From NCBI GenBank assembly GCA_017457555.1, contig JAFTHG010000098.1:1-30239 (forward strand): DNA of 30,239 nt, given 5' to 3'. The notes below the pieces were generated by a model, which had not been told where the DNA came from, ran no database searches, and worked only from the letters and a program-made list of their open reading frames with translations. Shown here one piece after another: positions 21,601 through 25,989 of the stretch. The translations under genes were made by a program, and so were the position numbers. This DNA is from Kiritimatiellia bacterium. Lineage in GTDB: Bacteria > Verrucomicrobiota > Kiritimatiellia > RFP12 > DVOR01. Positions within the stretch are counted from its first letter, which is position 1; the number at the start of each line of letters is the position of its first letter.

Positions 21601-22420
21601 CATCGGTGTGGAACCGGTGGTTGAACTCCTCTCGGATGCAACGTGGAGCACGCACCGCACCCTTACGGTGGCTCCAACCGCAACGGATCTTGCCGCAGTG
21701 GAAGCCTTTGAAGGTTCTCTGATGGGTGCGACCACACCTGACGGCACAGACATCCATGTCGGCTTGACAGTTCAGAATCCGCAGGGTGGCGCTCGGACCT
21801 ACTTCCGTTACATGGGCACCTCGACGGATCTGCTGCTCGGTACGTTGGCAATCGGCGCCGATGCCGGTGCTGAAGTGACCGGAACTTGGGCTGGCGATGT
21901 GGCTGTTGCCAATGGAGGCCTCCTGATGGGTAACGGCACTGTCGGCGCTACCGGCCGCACCGTGTCTGTGCCGAAGGGCGCAATCCTCTCCGGTACGACC
22001 TATGGTCGCCGTATTCAGCCCAATAACACCTACACCTCGGAAGTGATTCCTGCCGAGTTGACGGTAAAGGGCACACTCAGCCTTGAAACGGGTTCGGTGC
22101 TGAATACGATGATTCGTAAGGATGCCTCGGGCAATACTTGGGTCTCCACGGTTACGGCCGACAATCTCCAGCTCCCGACGGTGCTGGAAGATGGTGCCGA
22201 AGAGGTGATGCTCACGGTCAATGTGGATATGGAAGCTGGCGTTGTTGCCTCCGGCGTGAAGATTCTCGGCTGGACGAGTTTGAATGGCGGCCAGAAGATA
22301 AACGGCACAGTAACAGTCACGGTGAATGGCGAAGTCGTTCCCGGTTACTCGCTGCGTAAGAAGAGTGACGGTCTCTACCTCTACCGTGAGAACGCGCGCT
22401 TCTGGATGATTCTCCATTAA
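12641..22420 (+). CDS. Giant surface protein, C-terminal segment (3,259 codons, same frame, directly after the TAG)
   Basis: The frame is open from 12641 (GRLYAGLAALQIVE...). The track's TTG 12659 has no SD and no signal peptide. Same composition and repeat types as the first half (FKKTGTGVVRF, FGKKGTGTLTH, LTKKGAGLWQI, LTKTGAGLLTM, FLKAGSGKLTV, LIQSGTGTLTI). Ends ...DGLYLYRENARFWMILH-TAA. Confidence 0.85.
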   Translation, partial: GRLYAGLAALQIVEASEVAAVTTAATYSYTFTTAGEYNLADLVLTTASGSTSWVNATSNSLALTSDVDVVVTLPIDFVADTVALAGAGKITLKVENNGGALLNTLDASAMTGDVTIDFACQDVAFSASAGTTTFNKAFNNNGQPYVIAEGATLVLGEQSGITTNMEPTLFSTNSAMLAIDSASKGTLRRNYPVTQNRPGQYGYAWDITLAYRDATFTNDAYWQPSLLIEEGDTLQTGGNNLWVTGNTTRRTFTYRQTGGTFTMGNTTNNNNGFLFGPAGNNAQVDGDITISGGRLHTSAILAWDASAQVAVTVSGTGCLSLWNKLHAQQNAAVTATFSEGGTLELANTALNKGGTGSVTVTFNGGRITTQQPTSTMTLPVAFTGTDVAPTTLAPEEGCTLVLNAENTGSGVIEVTRGTVAVANAAALASTSTTVKAGATVEARGFAAGTAMSNTVTFEEGATLSATAADGVTTVRIAGSLELPADQSTIHYRLNGELYDGVTVDATAGTVTFTTKVTVTDVTWDAAQDAGVWGEGIAGPWVDGATYYNGAAVTFVNATPAKVDVTVQGDVRPGSVAWGASSADTYRFVGASDLSFLTLTSATPDMGSGQVYEIPVATSSAAALSGNSNIYRLIGELSNGRKTASLVSASNNVLNRENGDGTEALNHGVWCTEGVTLTPLAGEIQIVSAMGSTDTAKRSHLSGSGNVTITGGGTVQFGGRVIETSATDVPYQNKAFSGQIIIQDGSTLDITMVRDRNDAAYRARDDYSFFATTLGLDGNALTTQDGAGAPLWINDTVGVRVLDGGTFRVSGCRSIFGGWANRNDTNLIASYPLEIGTEATAEFSFAALEQVFPHGFRFIGNGATLLATQNMFVTGGTTLKVAGIGDDGDRADPATDTALDTNGNPVNADTYGKLTAGITAEIASGATTGLVPWSQPNSAANPLELAVGEGSTLNITANLLALNGNAASRGRFSFKKTGTGVVRFMQTMIDAETQIQVTEGALGGSATFTAAGTAVTAAAGTTVEAGLSVPLLSLADSVTMAINPTGATVLHADRLTFTASGRYTIASLLPEAEIPEAEGLPAMKVVSWNTMRAADSAIFTLDDVLTAKGYGLELRTDGLYLMKQVTYVRELDIATAGSHRVVWYSNKAWYRLDDAAKTPRNYDPEAGEAVTALFLLPESFAAENAALPKITLVLSKEVAFANIRFAAPVEVNGETTLKTLPVTVVYEYNLTNETMPEADRAVRFTWVPTLVLMRDGNPGLASLQVSVPTGYEYTVSNTTVMVYASAAAPALNINFTEGVAGDATWVAETADPCGAVPFAGVYWNNASTTNGNLLLEEGNHSVMLLSALPAGIEPNAEGQVVPCEVTYAFNQATSVSSRMTGNDDAAIVAGFLAGNRTNALTESILTAGNFTNAGTQNGWQVRLASVPFETYDLYLILAGNSDDTVTYPSIRVKVGSADWRTFSMVNGWAAPANRTATWQGVGNLVKGEFVAGKNMLHLRVQTAAGSSLEIAPWDNGQTSDGAAAAVGLAALQVVRCDDAAKLERVGAGKWSDAGGWRWSITGGTDSGAWFDATAEKPHYAAIPMVQQLDADKIVSVPYLALTGSGSMILKGTDAAISTGTLDLSAVEPGASLTFGADVFAEPINVILAPEVTICVPESSTGTVENYWRWLNDDAGNGVDSTSATIQKKLAGDVIFFNPISANLQIDDGTLWLASNANGSAAGRVSGAGTFGKKGTGTLTHSGTFSLSGSTPIRVSEGTLALSNALTGISGGSTVLVDGGRLEMPSGGGFTTGAIVRLERGFLLCRGTMTNNLPVARLANGSTIRIDGVGGWQGYTFQSMIAEGGNNELIVASAGAGGACVDVRNEFVVMPGATLTVTRPSSGGLRVISGVVDVRDGGTLITNSRIGRGNARGYGSATDLLTKKGAGLWQIGQVLSAKGDASWGQTLDIAEGEVRFALNGANYDAANETPITVKAGARMSGNVTFIDKSPVTFEEGAIVRNGVPGVSGSRLTFHTVTFNKGTVFEMDLRNTTALTISNAATFTAGEMSVRLLNMGESFTGEKQLIAWPTTTGVPCTFTSPEAMALDAVLETRNDGLYLVASNASYVWADQTDVWSLEDGWVYQGTAISYPEMDSTTDENTPVARLVAFDSDVTVTVDKGEALADGAVWKAKSLIAAVNAGKTLTLTQGATLTGATKLNAVMAWSDIWKLGEGAAIFSAPVQLRNAGAGASVNVADGTLTLTHPITTTLPPTGTALTDVPADVEIAADSALVYNLSASAEELTVINSAYNPLMQTLTGAVTGEGTLRVLGADNTIVLSTTADSDVNLDVQAGQLTLNGEVARGAARATRRTITVAKGAQLALDAEYVLGGSTNILWTLAADAQQGAQVTTSGGARVRGAITVTPTDTTAQNIATLGTTYAQLDAATRIHVPAATTLEMGGEWVTPEDAALTTSLTKTGAGLLTMTDFDCNIPVTLAAGEIRLGANAVDTVNYNDRATTPIWTIASGATLSLGGGTFSLDNGALDVQSGAVLNGGVATTTIDAATTLADRTVLTFGESNSINVGSIQFKQATVVNGVITVNLDALSPADLNQTSVTLVTFDNGMRNGTGSFQLGGNKLVAWAENGWTLRDNGTEVILQHFGGDTGYYTWAGDGTAGSTGVGNWANAFWTSSADSTTLVAWPTTTDVPPSVMLQDVSPVDGEAIPEEARTLDWTLPSQALESFYAKNSDAADYKITSSNGSAPFEITGDFLKAGSGKLTVERPIILGKEGALRLLGGETELTGSLTASSGEFKKPITLAGADTVLRFSGTSSRVLMGLLEGDEQATLIQSGTGTLTIGDSVDKLKALAVEAGHVRLIADGQYVVAPAVTVAAGGTLTYGGTLSGAGTVQMSMNAATAPAGTLVWSATTPSASDKAPRLGVPAGLTDAAIKVDTFRYQPDGGHLILDPNAAVLAPGFKLEMMASDEVTSALWLGAQASAGDALTVSKLSGTGIIGVEPVVELLSDATWSTHRTLTVAPTATDLAAVEAFEGSLMGATTPDGTDIHVGLTVQNPQGGARTYFRYMGTSTDLLLGTLAIGADAGAEVTGTWAGDVAVANGGLLMGNGTVGATGRTVSVPKGAILSGTTYGRRIQPNNTYTSEVIPAELTVKGTLSLETGSVLNTMIRKDASGNTWVSTVTADNLQLPTVLEDGAEEVMLTVNVDMEAGVVASGVKILGWTSLNGGQKINGTVTVTVNGEVVPGYSLRKKSDGLYLYRENARFWMILH
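16505..17242 (+). repeat. Unnamed beta-sandwich domain, copy 4
   Basis: LNINF...IVAGFLAG...VPFETYDLYLIL...ATWQG...AGKNML...SLEI...VGLAALQVV. Confidence 0.65.
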
Positions 22421-22436
22421 GTTGAGAACACCATAC

Positions 22437-22475
22437 AACAAAAGAGGCATCGGAAACGGTGCCTCTTTTGTTTTT
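22437..22475 (+). terminator. Intrinsic, probably bidirectional, terminator after the giant gene
   Basis: AACAAAAGAGGCATCG-GAAA-CGGTGCCTCTTTTGTT: 16-bp stem with one G-U pair and a GNRA loop, followed by a T run, starting 17 nt after the TAA. Confidence 0.9.
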
Positions 22476-22517
22476 AGGATGCGGCAATTAAAGCGTGCCT
22501 GAACCGCGGTGTTTTGG

Positions 22518-22650
22518 GTTATTCGCCAGTGCAGGAGGTGCTTTTTGCCTGTGTGGGTGCGGTTATTTGCCAGTGTGGGATGCGTTTTTTCGCCAGTGCA
22601 GGAGGTGCTTTTCGCTTGTGAAGGATGCGTTTTTTCGCTTGTGTGGGGGC
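22518..22650. repeat. Degenerate tandem array, 6 units, period 22-23 bp
   Basis: TT(C/T)GC(C/T) cores with G at 22525, 22547, 22569, 22592, 22614 and 22637. The 24-mer TTCGCCAGTGCAGGAGGTGCTTTT is identical at 22522-22545 and 22589-22612. Confidence 0.8.
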
Positions 22651-22688
22651 TATTGTGTTAGATTTCTGTGAGAATGCACGCTGTCGTG

Positions 22689-22716
22689 TTGACGCATTGA
22701 AACAGTATGTTATACT
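22689..22716 (+). promoter_or_regulatory. Sigma70 promoter of the riboswitch-ATPase transcript
   Basis: TTGACG (22689-94), 16-bp spacer, extended -10 TG-n-TATACT (22708-16). The predicted start (~22723) is immediately 5' of the aptamer. Confidence 0.8.
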
Positions 22717-22726
22717 GGGCGCAACT

Positions 22727-22810
22727 TGAGGGAGTAGCCGACACGTTTGACGTGGGATAAACCAACAGTCCCGGCTGAACAGCCTGGTTTATCGGAAGTG
22801 GTGAGACTCA
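22727..22810 (+). ncRNA. yybP-ykoY family (manganese-sensing) riboswitch aptamer
   Basis: P1 TGAG/CTCA closes the hallmark L1 strands GGAGTAG (22731-37) and TGAGA (CC...GG-TGAGA-CTCA). P2 is CACGT-TTG-ACGTG. P3 is GATAAACCA/TGGTTTATC with L3 ACAGTCCC and hairpin GGCT-GAAC-AGCC. It sits upstream of a P2-type ATPase, a known genomic context for this family. Confidence 0.8.
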
Positions 22811-22860
22811 TGTGCGGTAGTGATGCCGTGCAGGGTCGTTTCTGCTCAAAATTAAAATGA

Positions 22861-22891
22861 AACGCCTGTGCAATCCTGCCGGGCGTTTTTT
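22861..22891 (+). terminator. Leader terminator (riboswitch expression platform)
   Basis: AACGCCTG (22861-68) pairs with CGGGCGTT (22880-87), with an inner GCA/TGC stem and a T6 run (22886-91). It lies between the aptamer and ATG 22916. Confidence 0.7.
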
Positions 22892-22915
22892 AGTATTCCA
22901 TGAGGACTGAAAGAG

Positions 22916-25498
22916 ATGAAACCTTTCTATTGTGAATCAAGTGACGCGGTTTTAGAGCGTTTGGGGGTGAATCCCCGTCAGGGTGTTTCCGGGGATGAGG
23001 TGCAGCAACGGCGCACGCAGTATGGTGAAAATGTGCTCTCGCGCGCCAAACCGGTATCGTTGTGGCAACGGATTGGGGCAGTTTTGTGCGAACCGATGAC
23101 CTTGTTGCTGCTTCTGGCGGTCGGAGTGCTGGTGACGGTCAATGTAATCCATGGCATAACAGGGGGCGAGACCGACTTCGCTGAGTGCGTTGGTGTGCTG
23201 ATTGCCATTGTGCTTTCTGTTGGCATTTCGGTGGTGATGGAGGGACGGAGCGCAAAGGCATTTGAGGCTTTACGGGCGATTGGTGCCGATGTGTTGCCCA
23301 CGGTATTGCGTGATGGCAAGCGAATCCGCCTCCCGCAAGCAGAATTAGTGGTCGGCGATATTGTTTTTGTTGGCACGGGTGACAAGGTAATGGCCGATGG
23401 CCGCCTGTTGGAAGCGCACGGTCTTCTGGCCGATGAATCTGCGCTGACGGGTGAATCTGCCGCCGTCCAGAAGGAGGCTCAGGCAGCAATTCCACCGGAG
23501 GCTCCGGTCGCTGAACGCGTCACAATGCTGTACGCCGGAAGTTTCTTAACCGCAGGTTCGGGCAAGATGGTCGTAACAGCTGTGGGAATGCAGACGGAGT
23601 TTGGCAAGATTGCTTCGGCACTGGCGGGGCAGGAGCAGGCGCAAACGCCGCTTCAGGCGCGCCTGGCTCAATTGGGCAAGTGGGTCACCATGGCCGGAGC
23701 GATCGCAGCAGGGATTGCCTTTCTGGCACGGATGCTCCAGGCATTCTGTTCGGATGTGCTCACATGGACGGCCGTGGGCGATGCCTTTATCTCTGCGATT
23801 GTACTGGTTGTGGCCTGTGTGCCGGAAGGTTTGCCGACGATTGTCGCCATGAGTTTGGCCGTCAACGTGCTGCGAATGGCGAAGCAGCAGGCACTGGTCA
23901 AACGGATGGTGGCCTCTGAAACGATTGGGTGCGTCACCTTTATTTGCTCAGATAAGACCGGCACTCTCACGGAAAACCGGATGACGGTGATGGCCTTTGT
24001 ATCGGCTGCCGGTGAGGAATCCACGCCGTCGGGTGCGTGGTTGCAGAATATCTGCGTCAATGCCACGGCTGATTTGAAAGCCGATGGCAGCGGTTTTACC
24101 GGCAATCCCACCGAGGGTGCGCTTCTGGTGGCGGTTGCAAAGGCGGGAATTAATCCCAAAAGTTTGCGCGATGCCACCACGATTCGCGATGTGGAGCCCT
24201 TCTCTTCTGAAACGAAATGTATGATTACGCACGTGGCAGGGGCATCGCCGCTGGCACTTATGAAAGGATCTCCGGAGCGTGTGCTCGCCGATTGCTTGCC
24301 GGAGGTAGCCACTGCGGCGGCAGCGGCGATGGCACCTTGGCAGGAAAGAGCGTGCCGTGTCTTGGCCTTTGCACACCGATCTCCCACCGATGACGTGTGG
24401 ACTTACGATGGCTTTGCGGCGATTGCCGATCCGGTGCGTGCCGAAGTGCCGGAGGCTCTGGCGGCATGCCGGAGTGCTGGGATTGACGTCATGATGTTGA
24501 CAGGCGACAATCTTTTAACGGCACAGGCGATTGCCAAACAGGTTCAGATTCTTTCAGGCGATAAACGGGCCGTCACAGCGGCTGAGTTGGAGGCGTTGAA
24601 TGACACCGCCTTTGCCGAAGCCTTGAAGACGGTGCGTGTGATTGCGCGCTCTACGCCGTCAATTAAATTGCGCGTGGTGCAAACCTTGCGGGCGCGTGGT
24701 GAAACCGTAGCCGTCACGGGTGATGGCATCAATGACGCTCCGGCCATTAAGGCTGCGGATGTCGGTGTAGCGATGGGCATCACCGGCACCGAAGTCACCA
24801 AAGAGGCCTGTGATATTCTCCTGCTTGACGATGCCTTCTCAACCATTGTCCGTGCCATTCGCTGGGGGCGAGGCATTGCCGATGGTTTTAAGCGCTTCAT
24901 TCTCTTCCAATTAACGGTTAATGTCTCTTCGGTGCTCGTTGTCCTCATTGCAGCACTGGCAGGACTGGCTTCTCCCTTCACCGCCCTGTGGCTCCTCTGG
25001 GTGAACCTGATTATGGATGGACCGCCGGCCCTCTGTTTGGGCCTGGAACCTCTGGGCGATGATCTCCTGAAACGCGCCCCCGTGCGCCGCGATGCACCGT
25101 TGATTACGCCTGCAATGGCGTGGCGCATGGGCATTACAGGCATCGTGATTGCGCTGCTCTCCCTGTGCCAACTGCGCTGGGACTTTCTGGGAGCAGGGCC
25201 TGAAGCCGCCCAAACGGCACTCTTCAGCCTTTTCGTCTTCTGCCAATTGGCCAATGCATTGAGTGCCCGTAAGCCGGAAGGTGGCAATCCGCTCCAGGGA
25301 CTTCTGGGCAATCCGGCGCTGATTGTGGCACTGATTGTCACCGCCACGCTTCAATGGGTGATTGTCACCTTCGGCGGCAGCGTCTTCAAAACGGTTCCAT
25401 TGCCGGCAGAAGTGTGGGGCAAATGCCTCTTTATTGCCGCCTGCATTCCGCTTCTGGGCGCCTTATTGCCCCACAGCGCGGAAGATGATAACCGCTAA
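22916..25498 (+). CDS. P-type ATPase, type IIA (Ca2+/Mn2+-transporting; YoaB/PacL-like), 860 aa
   Basis: TGES actuator motif, CVPEGLP in TM4, phosphorylation site CSDKTGTLTENRM, MLTGDN, TGDGINDAPAIKAADVG, and TM6 LWVNLIMDGPPAL. Confidence 0.95.
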   Translation: MKPFYCESSDAVLERLGVNPRQGVSGDEVQQRRTQYGENVLSRAKPVSLWQRIGAVLCEPMTLLLLLAVGVLVTVNVIHGITGGETDFAECVGVLIAIVLSVGISVVMEGRSAKAFEALRAIGADVLPTVLRDGKRIRLPQAELVVGDIVFVGTGDKVMADGRLLEAHGLLADESALTGESAAVQKEAQAAIPPEAPVAERVTMLYAGSFLTAGSGKMVVTAVGMQTEFGKIASALAGQEQAQTPLQARLAQLGKWVTMAGAIAAGIAFLARMLQAFCSDVLTWTAVGDAFISAIVLVVACVPEGLPTIVAMSLAVNVLRMAKQQALVKRMVASETIGCVTFICSDKTGTLTENRMTVMAFVSAAGEESTPSGAWLQNICVNATADLKADGSGFTGNPTEGALLVAVAKAGINPKSLRDATTIRDVEPFSSETKCMITHVAGASPLALMKGSPERVLADCLPEVATAAAAAMAPWQERACRVLAFAHRSPTDDVWTYDGFAAIADPVRAEVPEALAACRSAGIDVMMLTGDNLLTAQAIAKQVQILSGDKRAVTAAELEALNDTAFAEALKTVRVIARSTPSIKLRVVQTLRARGETVAVTGDGINDAPAIKAADVGVAMGITGTEVTKEACDILLLDDAFSTIVRAIRWGRGIADGFKRFILFQLTVNVSSVLVVLIAALAGLASPFTALWLLWVNLIMDGPPALCLGLEPLGDDLLKRAPVRRDAPLITPAMAWRMGITGIVIALLSLCQLRWDFLGAGPEAAQTALFSLFVFCQLANALSARKPEGGNPLQGLLGNPALIVALIVTATLQWVIVTFGGSVFKTVPLPAEVWGKCLFIAACIPLLGALLPHSAEDDNR

Positions 25499-25597
25499 AC
25501 TTTTTAGAAACGGAAGCCCTCTTTTTTTGCATCAAAGGACGCTGTTGAGGCGGTTTGAGCGAAAGTTATTAACAGGCTTAATTGCACCTGTCCTCAA

Positions 25598-25676
25598 TTT
25601 CGCTGAAAGACAGGTATCACTTTCGCTGAAATGGATTCCCAATTTCGCTGAAATTGACCCCCCGATTTCGCTGAAA
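25598..25676. repeat. Four copies of the quasi-palindrome TTTC-GCT-GAAA, period 22-23 bp
   Basis: TTTCGCTGAAA at 25598, 25621, 25643 and 25666 (spacings 23, 22, 23). Copy 3 is a perfect 7-3-7 palindrome CAATTTC-GCT-GAAATTG. Confidence 0.85.
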
Positions 25677-25715
25677 TTGAAATGCGGAAAAAGCGACTTC
25701 AAAAAGAGCTGTCAG

Positions 25716-25754
25716 CGCAACCGCACTTCACCACCGTCGCAACCGCTCTTCACC
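25716..25754. repeat. Two 17-bp direct repeats, period 22 bp
   Basis: CGCAACCGCACTTCACC (25716-32) and CGCAACCGCTCTTCACC (25738-54), one mismatch. Confidence 0.75.
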
Positions 25755-25851
25755 CAAAGGCTGTATCCTGCCGACAGGCTTACGCTCCTCAAGCAGAATC
25801 AGCTGAACCGGGAGCACAAATAAGGGGGCTTACGTTTCGGTTTCTGATGGG

Positions 25852-25888
25852 AAGAAGGGAAGGTTTTGTGCCTTCCCTTCTTTGTTTT
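25852..25888 (+). terminator. Terminator-like hairpin between the ATPase and GH20 genes
   Basis: AAGAAGGGAAGG-TTTTGTG-CCTTCCCTTCTT: perfect 12-bp stem followed by TGTTTT. Confidence 0.7.
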
Positions 25889-25951
25889 GGGGGTGGGTGT
25901 CGGATTCTGTGTACTGTTGGATACAGATCTTATTATGGTAAGGAAAAGTGT

Positions 25952-25980
25952 TTGAAGTAGGGGGCGAAATGCGATAGAAT
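25952..25980 (+). promoter_or_regulatory. Putative sigma70 promoter of the GH20 gene
   Basis: TTGAAG (25952-57), 17-bp spacer, TAGAAT (25975-80), with the ATG only 9 nt downstream. Confidence 0.6.
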
Positions 25981-25989
25981 AGTGGTGTT

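Larger units (their letters stand above)
644..22420 (+). pseudogene. Single 7,258-codon gene interrupted by one amber codon (nonsense allele, sequence error or readthrough)
   Basis: Both halves are in the same frame, separated only by TAG 12638-12640 (codon 3,999). The conserved domain-terminal motif GLAALQIV lies 6 codons after the stop. Confidence 0.7.

Noticed and set aside
6000-22400. Apparent drift in codon style along the giant gene (more T/A-ending codons around 8-10 kb, more C-ending near 20-22 kb), suggesting mosaic origin
   Set aside because: This is an impression only. It needs a sliding-window GC3 or codon-usage calculation that I cannot run.
12659-22420. Independent gene starting at TTG 12659
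   Set aside because: It has no SD and no signal peptide, the start lies inside a domain's terminal strand, and the frame is already open from 12641.
21500-22420. C-terminal autotransporter beta-barrel
   Set aside because: The last 300 aa keep passenger-like composition, lack the amphipathic aromatic-girdle pattern, and do not end in the usual terminal Phe/Trp.
644-22450. Dozens of antisense and alternate-frame ORFs over the giant gene, including the 714-aa minus-strand ORF 20306..22450 and several of 250-285 aa
   Set aside because: These are expected shadows of a long, codon-biased GC-rich gene. The translations are Arg/His/Cys-rich with no recognisable motifs, SD sites or promoters.
22518-22650. 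CRISPR array interpretation of the left tandem repeats
   Set aside because: The 22-23-bp period leaves no room for unique ~30-bp spacers, the units are degenerate, and there are no cas genes in the window.
25598-25754. CRISPR array or plasmid origin interpretation of the right repeats
   Set aside because: The linkers are only 11-12 nt. There is no rep gene, no clear DnaA-box cluster and no extended AT-rich unwinding element, and the flanks are ordinary chromosomal genes.
25362-25960. ORFs 25362..25823 and 25682..25960 across the ATPase-GH20 spacer
   Set aside because: They overlap the ATPase end or cross a terminator and promoter, and their sequence merely translates the DNA repeats (NFAE/DFAE-like units).
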